Shown one piece after another: positions 1-10,600 of a DNA stretch of 64,000 bases. Both the position numbers and the translations under genes were made by a program. Each line of letters opens with the position of its first letter. The first letter of the stretch is position 1. Under the pieces are notes generated by a model. It searched no databases, was not told where the DNA came from, and saw only the letters and a list, made by a program, of their open reading frames with translations. This DNA is from a bacterium (GTDB lineage: Bacteria; UBA8248): NCBI GenBank assembly GCA_965221165.1, contig CBDCRP010000002.1, positions 128,001-192,000 of the forward strand, in the 5' to 3' direction.

Positions 1-675
1 GCGGTTCGTGTTGCCGCTGTTGCGGCCTCCGACAACGACCATCAGATCGACATTGGGCGCTAGTTTTTTGACCTCTTCTTGACGAACTTCCGTCGCATCG
101 CAAATCGTATTAAACATTTGAGCTTGGGGATATTTCCGCAAAATGGCCTCTTCCACATCTTTCCATTCGCGCATGTTGATAGTTGTCTGTGCAACCACCA
201 CGACGGGGCGATCGCCGATATCAGGAAGATCGGATATATCTTCCATGCACGTGATCAAATGGCTGCCAGCTTCTGCATAACCTTTATGACCTTCCACCTC
301 CGGGTGGCTTTTTTCTCCAATGATCACCGTAAAAGCACCCATGCGGGAATGTTTTCTAATGACTCCGTGCACCTTGGCGACCAGAGGACATGTTGCATCT
401 CGAATCCCAGCGCCCGAATTTCTTAAACGATCGCGGACCTGCGGCGAGATGCCATGCGCCCGAATGACCACTAGGCTTGTACTATTCGGGGTTTTTTGAG
501 GATCTGAGGGGAAAACGCTTTTCTCCTCCAACAACTCAACTGTTTGTGGATTATGAATCAATGGCCCATGCGTTAGGACTTCACCGGATGTGTGATTCGC
601 TGTGTCCAAGGCAATATCGAGCGCTCTTTCGACTCCCCAGCAAAAACCAGCCGTCTTAGCTAGCTTGACTCTCAA
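1..675 (-). CDS. ispH: 4-hydroxy-3-methylbut-2-enyl diphosphate reductase (3' end runs off the window)
   Basis: Not in the ORF track. Manual translation from TTG at 675 (GGAGG RBS upstream) gives MRVKLAKTAGFCWGVERA...HNP...IRAHG...NTICDATEVRQ...MVVVGGRNSGNTNR, all IspH motifs. Confidence 0.95.
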   Translation of the reverse strand, partial: MRVKLAKTAGFCWGVERALDIALDTANHTSGEVLTHGPLIHNPQTVELLEEKSVFPSDPQKTPNSTSLVVIRAHGISPQVRDRLRNSGAGIRDATCPLVAKVHGVIRKHSRMGAFTVIIGEKSHPEVEGHKGYAEAGSHLITCMEDISDLPDIGDRPVVVVAQTTINMREWKDVEEAILRKYPQAQMFNTICDATEVRQEEVKKLAPNVDLMVVVGGRNSGNTNR

Positions 676-768
676 TGGTAATCCCTCCTGAGCGAAATAT
701 GGTCACTGCCCCGTTCACACCGATATAACATAGCTTTATTCCGACTCACATACAATATCTAATATAAA

Positions 769-1314
769 TCAGCTTTTATTTGAAAGGAAAGGGGGATCAA
801 ACCAAGATTCAATAATGGGAGGCGAATTTTCGATTCGGTCGAGATCGAAGATACGAAACCACCCCCCGGCACCATCTAGAACTATCTCGCCGACAGCCCT
901 CGGGAGATCGAATCGCTTCGGGCCACAACTACCGGGATTAAAAAACACAGTCCTATCAATCATTCTGCAAAGCGGTCGATGTGTATGACCGAATACCACC
1001 AAATCCACTTCGTCTTGTGCAAGAAGCGCTTTTAATTCCCGAGACGGTCCTTCTCGCTGCCAGACAATGTGCTGAATCATTATGCGCCAACCCGCCATAA
1101 TGGTTTTCGACTTCATTGGTGCCAAACCAGGTACATCCATATTCCCTGAAACACAAGTAACGGGAGCGATACATTCGAGTTCCGGCAATATGAAATCAGA
1201 ACAAACATCGCCAGCATGAATGATATGGTCCGCAGTTTGGCAAAACCCAACTACTTCCGAAGGAAGACGCCCATGCGTATCCGACAGCACGCATAACCTG
1301 ACACTCGAAGTCAT
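769..1314 (-). CDS. YfcE/MJ0936-type metallophosphoesterase
   Basis: Motifs SDTHG, HAGD, GNMD, FGHTH, NPGS. Confidence 0.9.
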   Translation of the reverse strand: MTSSVRLCVLSDTHGRLPSEVVGFCQTADHIIHAGDVCSDFILPELECIAPVTCVSGNMDVPGLAPMKSKTIMAGWRIMIQHIVWQREGPSRELKALLAQDEVDLVVFGHTHRPLCRMIDRTVFFNPGSCGPKRFDLPRAVGEIVLDGAGGWFRIFDLDRIENSPPIIESWFDPPFLSNKS

Positions 1315-1514
1315 TATATATCGCCCCACATGGTTCTTCAGCGCAAGATGCTAGATAGAACTCTCGTTTCCGCAAGATGAATCAGAGGTGCATGCCCCTC
1401 AAGTAGGATAATCGCAATTTGCGTTCTTACCCATAAAACCCTCGAGACCCTCATGTCCCATTGTTCCCACCATTTAAGAAGCCAATCAATACATATCCAA
1501 AACACAAGAAAATG

Positions 1515-2375
1515 TTAACTTTTCGACCTTCCTCCCAACACGATACCGATTAAAATGCTCGTACAAGCGAGGAGGCGACTGAGCGTAGGAACTTCATGGA
1601 GCAACCACCATGCTAATGCCGTGGCCACTAGCGGCTCCCCAACAACGGCAAGCGCCACTTTCCCCGGATACAGATGCCCTAACGCATAATTGATGGATGT
1701 GTGCCCTACCAATGTCGGACCGAGTATCATGGCGACCAAGAGTAGCCAGGTATTTTGCGAATATCCGCCAAGAGGATGCTCCAGAATTAAGGCAGCGCCC
1801 AAAAGCAAGACGCCGCTAAAACCATAACAACCCGTCACATACGTCGCTACGGCAATTTTCTTTCTCAGCTTTCGTCCACATAACATATAGGCAGAGGCCA
1901 TGACAGCTGCGGACAACGCAAGAGAATTTCCCCAAAAGCTGCCTTCCCAGCCCACAAAGTCGGAATAAGCCAACATTGCGCTGCCCCCGATCGCCATTAG
2001 CACACCCAACCAAAAATTCCGTCCCTCTTTCTCACCCAATAGAAAGATTCCGCCGATACCTGCAAATATGGGGTTGGTCGTCGCAAGCACGACGGAGCTC
2101 GCTACAGATGTATGTGACAGCGATTCTATCCAAAGCGCAAAATGAAACGCCAAAAATATACCGGAACCCGCCCAAATGATCTTTTCTTTACTCGACAAGG
2201 CTTTCCATGCGTCGATAGTGCTCTGTACCGTAAACGGCAACAACATTAAAGCGCCACCACACATGCGATATGTCGCTATCGCTAAAGGTTCGGCATCCGC
2301 CAATCGTATGAGAATCGCAGAACAACCAAGGGCAATGACCCCTACGAACAAATAGAAATAAACGGGAATTTTCAT
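1515..2375 (-). CDS. DMT/EamA family transporter
   Basis: About 10 hydrophobic segments; motifs LSHTSVASSVVL and GEPLVATALAW. Confidence 0.85.
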   Translation of the reverse strand: MKIPVYFYLFVGVIALGCSAILIRLADAEPLAIATYRMCGGALMLLPFTVQSTIDAWKALSSKEKIIWAGSGIFLAFHFALWIESLSHTSVASSVVLATTNPIFAGIGGIFLLGEKEGRNFWLGVLMAIGGSAMLAYSDFVGWEGSFWGNSLALSAAVMASAYMLCGRKLRKKIAVATYVTGCYGFSGVLLLGAALILEHPLGGYSQNTWLLLVAMILGPTLVGHTSINYALGHLYPGKVALAVVGEPLVATALAWWLLHEVPTLSRLLACTSILIGIVLGGRSKS

Positions 2376-2425
2376 GGTTCTAAAAACCAGATTGCGATGG
2401 AGTGATACCCAGCCACGGAAATTGC

Positions 2426-3208
2426 CTAAAAATCATCCATGAACTTCGAGATAAGACCCCCTACTATTTCTGCCTGCTCCAACATTACCATGTGACCAGA
2501 TTGTGGGATAATAGATAATTTCGCATTCTGAATCTTGGCGGACATAAACTGCGAGTATTTCGGAGGCGTTAACAAGTCATCTTCTCCACATAGGATCAAA
2601 GCGGGCGTGGTGATGGATTCCAACTCGGAGAGCACATCAAACTGATTGCACGCAATGAAATCACCGTGCAAAGTATCCACTTGGCATTTCAACAAACTAC
2701 GAGCGCCCTCCCGGACTAGAGATGGATCCGCTGTTGGGGAAAAAGCATAACCAATAATTTCATCCACGGCTGCTTCGAAATCGCTTTTGACACCCTCTAA
2801 AATTGAATCTTTCACCCTCAGCTTCGCGCCGGAGCCAATGAGAATAACACCTCTAAATATTTTAGAATCCAGCAAAACACTTGCAAGAACTATGGCACCC
2901 CCCATTGAATGACCGGCTAGATAAACTGATTTCAATTTCTTGGCTTTTAAGAATTCAAGAACAATTCGGCTGTATTCTTCGATATCCGAGATTTGGGCTA
3001 CATCAGATTCACCGTGGCCGGGCAATTCCAGGGCCAGGCAGTTCACACCCTCTCCCGCCAATCTCCGCATCAAGGGAATCCAGCTTTCTCGATTCCCCCC
3101 GGCCCCATGAATGCACACAACAACATTACTTGAAACCTGGGGACCGGCCTCACAATAGGCGAGCCTGTAATCAGATAAACTCAGGGTACCTTGACGCAAC
3201 CAAGACAA
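2426..3208 (-). CDS. alpha/beta fold hydrolase
   Basis: HGAGG, nucleophile elbow GHSMGG, and GHMVMLE with the catalytic His. Confidence 0.9.
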   Translation of the reverse strand: MSWLRQGTLSLSDYRLAYCEAGPQVSSNVVVCIHGAGGNRESWIPLMRRLAGEGVNCLALELPGHGESDVAQISDIEEYSRIVLEFLKAKKLKSVYLAGHSMGGAIVLASVLLDSKIFRGVILIGSGAKLRVKDSILEGVKSDFEAAVDEIIGYAFSPTADPSLVREGARSLLKCQVDTLHGDFIACNQFDVLSELESITTPALILCGEDDLLTPPKYSQFMSAKIQNAKLSIIPQSGHMVMLEQAEIVGGLISKFMDDF

Positions 3209-3251
3209 GAAAAGAGCATCCTAAACTGTCGGCGAACTATGGATTAGAGAC

Positions 3252-3578
3252 TTAAAGGGCGCGATCGATAGCGGCCTTCAAATCGGCTTTGGATTTCACT
3301 CCTACTACCTGCTCTACAACCTCACCCCCTTTGAACAACATCAATGTTGGGATGCCGCGAATGCCGAATCTCGAGGGAACCGATGGATTCTCATCAATAT
3401 TCAACTTTCCGATACGCACTTTTCCTTCGTATTCTTGGGCAAGCGCTTCAACCGTAGGCGCAATCATTTTGCAAGGAGCGCACCATTCCGCCCAAAAATC
3501 GACCAATGTGGGCGTATCGGAACCGATTACGTCCGTCTCGAAGTTCTGGTCCGTAAACTCGAAAACACCTTCCGCCAT
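3252..3578 (-). CDS. trxA: thioredoxin
   Basis: DFWAEWCAPCK and GIPTL; GGAGG RBS. Confidence 0.95.
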   Translation of the reverse strand: MAEGVFEFTDQNFETDVIGSDTPTLVDFWAEWCAPCKMIAPTVEALAQEYEGKVRIGKLNIDENPSVPSRFGIRGIPTLMLFKGGEVVEQVVGVKSKADLKAAIDRAL

Positions 3579-3847
3579 TTCCTTTCCTCCGGGATCCGAA
3601 ATTCATCAGGCTAGAAAAAATCGGTAACCCTTCGACAAGTATCGAAAAAAACATGTCAAATGTCTTTCATCACGGACGGACATGACTTTTCGACAAGTGA
3701 AACGTGGAGCATCATTCCTTATCGGCTATTCGGCGTCAACTCCACCTACCCAACTACATATCGGGTTTTCTTGGATTCGCGACCCCGGATCGGCTTGCCG
3801 CACAATTAAGGAAACGCCAACGGGTAAAACGAGGCGCATGCAAAAAT

Positions 3848-6829
3848 TCAGGATGTCTCCACCGGCTCTTCACCTGGAATCTCACTTACCAAAACCTGTC
3901 TTCTCTTCACTCCATCCGCCGGGCCGATGATTCCCTCTTGCTCCATGCGCTCAATCATGCGCGCCGCCCTATTATAACCGATCCGCAAATGTCTCTGAAT
4001 GAGAGAAATAGATGCTTCACGTGTCCTGGAGACGAGAGCGATTGCATCATCATACCTTTCATCATACCCTTCACCGCTATTAGATTCATTTGGAGATATA
4101 CTCTCCTCCTCTACGAACCAATCTTCCTGGAATATCGCTTCCCCCTGAGATTTCCAATGTGCGACCAATTGAAAAATCTCATTATCCGAAACATACGCCC
4201 CATGAATACGAACAGGAGTGCTGGACCCTGGCGGCACGAAAAGCATATCCCCCTTGCCCAACAGGCGTTCCGCCCCATTCGAATCCAGGATAGTTCGCGA
4301 GTCTGTACGAGTAGCGACGCGGAGCGCCATTCTGGACGGGAAATTCGCTTTGATCAGACCCGTGAGAACATCCACAGAAGGACGTTGGGTAGCTACAAGC
4401 AAATGGATTCCGGAAGCGCGGGCCATCTGGGCCAAGCGCGTCATCGACTCTTCCACTTCGCGTGGCGCGACCATCATCAGATCCGCCAATTCATCAATCA
4501 CCACAACGATATAAGGAAGGAAATCAAGGGAGGTATCGTCTTCGGACAGAGGTTCCTTCCATCTTCTATTCGCCTCTCGCTCACCCAATTGCTGCGCCAC
4601 AGAGTCATTGTAGCTTTGGATGTTCCTCACCCCCGCCTCACTCATCATCTTATAGCGTCGTTCCATCTCCGCTAGGACACCCCTTAGGCCTGCCGAGGCT
4701 TTCTTTGGATCTGTCACCACAGGCACGAGTTGATGAGGGATGCCTTCATATATCGACAACTCCAGCATTTTGGGGTCGATCATCAAAAAACGAACCTCTC
4801 TTGGCGTACACCTGGCCAAAAGACTACAAATCATCATGTTCAGAGCAACGCTTTTCCCTGCGCCGGTCGTACCCGCAATTAATAAATGCGGAATTTTAGC
4901 CAAATCGGTAAACGCCGTTCTGCCTAAAATATCTTTGCCCAAGCCCATCGTAAGTTTATCTTCGGCCTGCCTGAATTCCCCTGAGGAGAGCACTTCCTTT
5001 GCAAATACGGCATCGCGCTTGATGTTGGGAACTTCAATGCCTACAACCGATTTTCCAGGTATCGGAGCAACGATGCGGACACTCAGCGCGGATAAGGCTC
5101 GTGCGAGATCGTCTGCGAGGCCGGTAATTTTAGAAACCTTGATTCCCGGAGCAGGGTCATACTCGAAACTCGTAATGACCGGACCTGTTTTTACTTCCCT
5201 GACTTTTCCGACGACGCCAAATTCTTTCAGTGTTTGTTCGAGAAGCAAAGATTTCTCGCGTATGCCCGCTTCGTCTACTATCAGTCCGCCAGAGGGCGGA
5301 TCCGCAAAAATATCCATCGAGGGAAGAGCATATTCTTTCTTCGGCTCGGAGATTCGTTTAGCCCTTTGCTGATTTTCCGTCTGCGCATTGGAGCGGACCA
5401 GAGAATGGTCTTGAATCCGAACAACATCCGACTCGCCAACAGTTCCCGCGTGTCGGACTTTTACATCCGCTTGCAATTCTCCGCTTTCTGTTGAATCTTC
5501 AACACTAGTTGAAAGTTCATCGGGAAGCGCATCAGGTAATTCGCCAGGATCGAGAACCTCTCCCAACGTTGCGGGCGATATCTCGTTATCGCCATCAAGA
5601 TTTTTCCTCCGCTTAATCCGCAGACCGCCGGTCACCGATTTTCTTTCAGTTTTTACCTGTTTTACTCCATCATCGATATCCTCACCTGCCTTTGGCGTCT
5701 GCTCGTCCGTCACATTCGGAGGCAAGCCATTACGCGCTCCATCGCCGTCCGGGAGTAGATCATTATCATTCTGGAGAAGCGTTTCCAACACCGAGCCAGG
5801 CACTGCTTCATCGAAAAGACTCTTTGGGTTTTCGGTGAGTTCCAATTCCTCCTCGTTTGCCGCCGGGCCGCGTAGCGCCGGCAACTCCGGCTCTGGAAAT
5901 TTCTCTCCTCCAAACAACGAAGGGCCATTTTGCGGCGATAATCCAGAAACACGTCTGCTATTTTTTTGATTTGACGAGTAAGGGCTATTCGGTTCCAAAA
6001 TCAATTCGTCAATATCTTTTTTCGGGAGGTTTGGCGGCGGTTCTTTGCCATCTGGGCTATCCTGCCCGAAATATCCCGCCTCTGCACCCTCACCGTCGGC
6101 TATCGGCTCGGCATATCCGGCACATGATTCCTTCACGCGTAGAGATGCAGGGAAACCTAAGACTGCAGAAAACAGTTTTCGGGTTGCGAATACAGCGCCC
6201 CCGGCGATTGCGAGCACCATCCATTTGAATACCATAAAAATGCGCGATAAAAACCACCAATGCGCAATCGCCAATCCTGAAATCATTTTCTTGAATGAAA
6301 AACCCGTCATGCCGACAAACGAGGCCAGAAATACGGAACCAAGCAAAACCCAACTACCCGCACTGCCTAAATAGTCGCCCAGCAACTTCACGACGCCATA
6401 GCCGACAACTCCACCGGCTAACGTCGGCGCCCCAAAAAGAGGATCGACTTCAGATGCCTTGTAAAATAACCCCGAGGCGCTCAAAAGAAAGAACAAACCA
6501 ACCAGTTCACGCCAACCCGGCCGCCATGAGCGCAATCCCGCAAAGGCGGTTACGCCCCAAAAAAGGAATCCGATGGGCAGCAGAACCGAGAATGAGCCGA
6601 CCACATGAACCATTGCGCCGGCGACATTTGCACCTACGGCTCCCCCATAGTTTCGAATCTGCCATTTTTGATTGACGGATGAACCCCAAGACGGATCGCC
6701 AGAATGAAAAGTCCAAAGCGATATCGCCAGAAAAACCGCGAAACCAACCAAGGACAAACCTACGATTTCATTGGTTCTTTCGGGAAACGGGGATGGCTTA
6801 GCTTGGATACCCGAGCGACGAGTAGGCAT
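3848..6829 (-). CDS. ftsK: DNA translocase FtsK (start uncertain; ORF is open to 6928)
   Basis: N-terminal TM domain, acidic linker, Walker A GTTGAGKS, IDELADLMM, ATQRPSVDV, gamma domain LRIGYNRAAR. Confidence 0.97.
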   Translation of the reverse strand: MPTRRSGIQAKPSPFPERTNEIVGLSLVGFAVFLAISLWTFHSGDPSWGSSVNQKWQIRNYGGAVGANVAGAMVHVVGSFSVLLPIGFLFWGVTAFAGLRSWRPGWRELVGLFFLLSASGLFYKASEVDPLFGAPTLAGGVVGYGVVKLLGDYLGSAGSWVLLGSVFLASFVGMTGFSFKKMISGLAIAHWWFLSRIFMVFKWMVLAIAGGAVFATRKLFSAVLGFPASLRVKESCAGYAEPIADGEGAEAGYFGQDSPDGKEPPPNLPKKDIDELILEPNSPYSSNQKNSRRVSGLSPQNGPSLFGGEKFPEPELPALRGPAANEEELELTENPKSLFDEAVPGSVLETLLQNDNDLLPDGDGARNGLPPNVTDEQTPKAGEDIDDGVKQVKTERKSVTGGLRIKRRKNLDGDNEISPATLGEVLDPGELPDALPDELSTSVEDSTESGELQADVKVRHAGTVGESDVVRIQDHSLVRSNAQTENQQRAKRISEPKKEYALPSMDIFADPPSGGLIVDEAGIREKSLLLEQTLKEFGVVGKVREVKTGPVITSFEYDPAPGIKVSKITGLADDLARALSALSVRIVAPIPGKSVVGIEVPNIKRDAVFAKEVLSSGEFRQAEDKLTMGLGKDILGRTAFTDLAKIPHLLIAGTTGAGKSVALNMMICSLLARCTPREVRFLMIDPKMLELSIYEGIPHQLVPVVTDPKKASAGLRGVLAEMERRYKMMSEAGVRNIQSYNDSVAQQLGEREANRRWKEPLSEDDTSLDFLPYIVVVIDELADLMMVAPREVEESMTRLAQMARASGIHLLVATQRPSVDVLTGLIKANFPSRMALRVATRTDSRTILDSNGAERLLGKGDMLFVPPGSSTPVRIHGAYVSDNEIFQLVAHWKSQGEAIFQEDWFVEEESISPNESNSGEGYDERYDDAIALVSRTREASISLIQRHLRIGYNRAARMIERMEQEGIIGPADGVKRRQVLVSEIPGEEPVETS

Positions 6830-6963
6830 ACACTGAATCCTATGATCCCACCCACACATAGAATGGGATATGCGTCCTCGGGCAGAGGAAAACCTCGAAA
6901 CGTTATCAAATTTAAGTGGGAAATGCAAGAAAAGTCTTAAGTTAATGAGTTTTGGTCCAGCAA

Positions 6964-7668
6964 TTAGTAACCGAGTTCTTTATCTATCACATTTTTCAGC
7001 GGAAGACCGTTCATGCGATTTTCATATTATTCGACAAAAATACGACATACATTTGGGATAAAGTCTCGAATCAAACCTGCAATGTGGGGAGTGATAATGA
7101 TGTATTTCGCCTTCCATAGTCGATTGTCATCAAGCAAAGGTTCATGCGAGAAAACATCTAAAAGCGGCTCCTGCTAAATGGTCATTGTTCAATGAACAAA
7201 TCAAATCCTTCTCGACTACAACTTCGCCTCGCGCCACATTGATGAGATAAGCGCTGGGCTTCATGGAGGCTATCGCATTCTCGTTTATTAAGTATTTCGT
7301 TTTCGGGGGATAGGGAATGGCTACAACAATGTAATCCGCACCTCGAAGAGCGCCCTTCATTCTTTTTTCTGTGAAGTGTGAATCCAAATCATCAATGCTC
7401 ACCTGATTTGAACGGCTCACACCAAGCACACACATGCCAAAGCGTTTGGCCTGACGGGTGATTTCACGCCCGATTGCCCCCATCGCAATTTGACACAGCG
7501 TTTTTCTTTCCAAAGCTCTCCAGCCCCATTTCTTCCATCTTCTTTCCCTTTGAAGGAGCACCCTCCACACCTGCCACACCCGGCTACGAAAATACCCGGC
7601 ACCTGTCGATTCAACTCTTCCACATATTGTTGATTATAAAGGCTTACCACCAAGACACCGTGCATCAA
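6964..7668 (-). pseudogene. D-2-hydroxyacid dehydrogenase remnant
   Basis: MGAIGREI...INVARGEVV...GAA, then a frameshift near 7160 into LDVFSHEPL...ITPHIAG. There is a further internal TAA, the N-terminus is in another frame and the middle is missing. Confidence 0.8.
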
Positions 7669-7689
7669 AAGAGGAATCTCCTCACCACG

Positions 7690-10600
7690 TTACTTGACGC
7701 CGAATAAGCCACGGAGCCCTCTTTCCAGGGTTTTTTCGAGTTTCTTTCCCAGTCTCTTGAGCTGGTGTCCCTCTTCGCCGGGTTCTTTTCCGGAATCTTT
7801 TTCTGGCGGTCTTCCACCACTCTCCGGCTTCGGCACTATTTTTTGCACTCCCTTAATCGCAGTACCAAGAATATCTGTTATGATATCTTTCACATTCTCT
7901 CCCAAGTTCTCCACCTTCTCAAACAAACTCACGAAAATTGGCTCTACTATGGCATCCAGAAAATGGAACTCTGGGTCATCCAAACGCCCTTCTACCCGAA
8001 CATTCAGTGAAATCGTATTGTTCCGCCCTTCGAGAAGGCGGAATACGGACGCTCGGAGCAGTTTCAGGACCAGATCGGCCAACGGAGACTTTTCATCCGG
8101 TTTTAATCGTAATCCGGTAATTTTAGCGCGCCCATCCAATTTTAGTTGCTTATTCCTTAATGAATAGGTGGAGGTGAAATCCAACTTTCCTCCTGTAATC
8201 TCGGTCCCTCGCATCAACAAAGCATTTACAGTCTCTCCTTGGATATCACGGGCATAGGGAGATATTTTACGCAGATCAAAACGCGAGAGATTGAAGGAGC
8301 CATCTACATCCGGGGGCACCAAGCCGGGATTCAGAGTCGCTTCAGCAAAAATCGAAGGCGATTCTCCGAACGTTTTGAACTCCAAGTGTGTTTCTCGCAG
8401 GTTTGGGACCATAGCCGTATCCAAGTTCGTCATCAAGAGCCTGGCATCTTTAACTCTCAAAACAACCGGGGGTTTATCTGAAGCTATAAAATCCTCAAAA
8501 TGAAATTCCATTTTTTCAATTTCGAATTTTGCAATTTTGAGGATCGGTAACAGTGGCTTTTTTGCTTTTTTCTGGGCATTTTGGCGTTTCCGCGACGCTG
8601 TCTTTGTTTTTGAATACAAGGGAGGAGTTGGGAGTTTCTCACCCGACACAGTTTTTCCCTTACCGTCACTTCTTATTTGCTGGGCTCGTTTAGCATCCCC
8701 TTTTGATTTCTCCAATAAAGATTCAAAATTACTTTTTCTTTTTGCATGACGCATATAACGAACTTTCAATGTTTTCATCCGAATGTTTGGGGAACGTATC
8801 TCTCCTCGCATAAGAGATGAACGATCCAATAGTGCTCTCAAATCTTGCAGAATAACGTCGGGCTCCGCATTCGGTCTGCTGAAATCGTTTATCTTTAGCT
8901 CAGGAGCCCAAATTTCTATTACATTATTACTCAACTGTCCCGAAATATTGCCTGACACATTCAAATTCGGATAATCGACATGAGCAAGCGATTTCAGATT
9001 CGCCGCGACCGACCATTTGCTTGAAATCGACCGTGTTTTTTGTCTGTCCCTCGAAATTTCAATCAAACCTTCGGCGCTACCCGCCATCAATAATTTCGAT
9101 ACCTGCTCTCCTAAAATACTCCCGACCAATGAAGTCACATCCCTAAGACTCGATATCGTCCATTGAAATTGGACTAAATCCATCCCGTGCATATTCCAAT
9201 CAGCAGGTTTCAGCATTTGAATACGCCCGAATGGCATAACCAAGTTCAGGGTTTGCACCCTTGCAGATTGATTTAGGAAATCATAAGAACCAGCGGCTTG
9301 AATGTTAATCTTTCCTGCACGCAGCGTTTTCCATCTTTGGCTTATCAGCCCAAGGAATTCTCCACCCAAGTCATCACTCCTGAGGCCTAGGCTCCAACTT
9401 ACCTTCTTTCTCGGAGAATAGTAAAAATCTATTTTCCCGCCAATCTCTCCGACCGGATCACGAAAAGCAGGAGGAAGACTTACAAATTTCACCAAAGGGG
9501 ATATATGGACAGGATCGAAGGATGCGGAACCTTTATAGGAAAACCCAGGACCATTTTTCCTGTTTCTCGTACCTGATAGTAAAATTTTCAGTTCTTCACC
9601 CTTGGGTCCCCATTTAACGGGATGCCCCATCAATTTTCCTAGCCAGACCTCGGCAGCACTCAAATCCGTTACGTTAAGCGTCAGCGAAAACCCATCCCGC
9701 CTTCTTTGGTTCCATAAGGCTGCATGATTCAAATATGCCCTTGCGAAGGGCAATTCAAGATCTAATGTTTGTATTTCAGAAGAACCATTCAACGGTAGGT
9801 AAGAACCTTGGGATTGGAGGCTAATAGATTCCAAGAAGACATCACGCCACTTTTCATTTGAAATTGTCTTAGCCCTAATATCGACCTTTTGCCCGGCAAT
9901 ATCCATATTCCAACGAACAACACCATCGTGAGCTAAAGATAATTGCAATTCACCACTCACACGGCCTGTGGCTTTTTGCACGTGCCAAGGCAATAGGACT
10001 AAATCCGCGAATGGCGCAATTGGCAAAGAGTCAAACTGCGCGTTCGTATCTATTTTGAAGGCCAAGGAATTTTTTCGATTTCGCGACACGGTAGTACTAA
10101 AACGTATTTTCGCACCTTTGGAAACATCTTCAGGAGATACCAACCCGAGCCTCTCCAGCAAATTGGATGCAGATGACAAGTCATTCACTTCAATGGATAA
10201 AGCCGCTTCATCATCACCAGAGACATTCCATTTCGCGGGCTTTGCGAGTCGCGCTGTGGCAAACGGCAACTTAATTTCGAAGATGCTAATTCGTGCAGAT
10301 GTATTCTTAATATCAAAGCTTCCTCTCGAGCGGATAAGAGATTCCCCTACCTGTACGACCTCCCATCGTTTTCTCTTGTCCAGCCTCACGCTGGCACCTA
10401 CATCTCGTACTTTCAAAGCAACATCCCACTGCACCCGCTCACCAGAAACAAAAACCACATGCGCTTTTCCGCCCATATTTCCTTTGATTTTCGAGACATT
10501 ATCAAAAAGAGGAATGAATACATTGAATTGAGCTAAATCTATTGGATCAAAATGAGACGTCACCTCTATTTGAACAACATCATCTGGTATTTTTCGATCT

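Noticed and set aside
3631-3698. Direct repeat TTCGACAAGT twice upstream of trxA
   Set aside because: There are only two 10-bp copies, which cannot be distinguished from chance without orthologous promoters.
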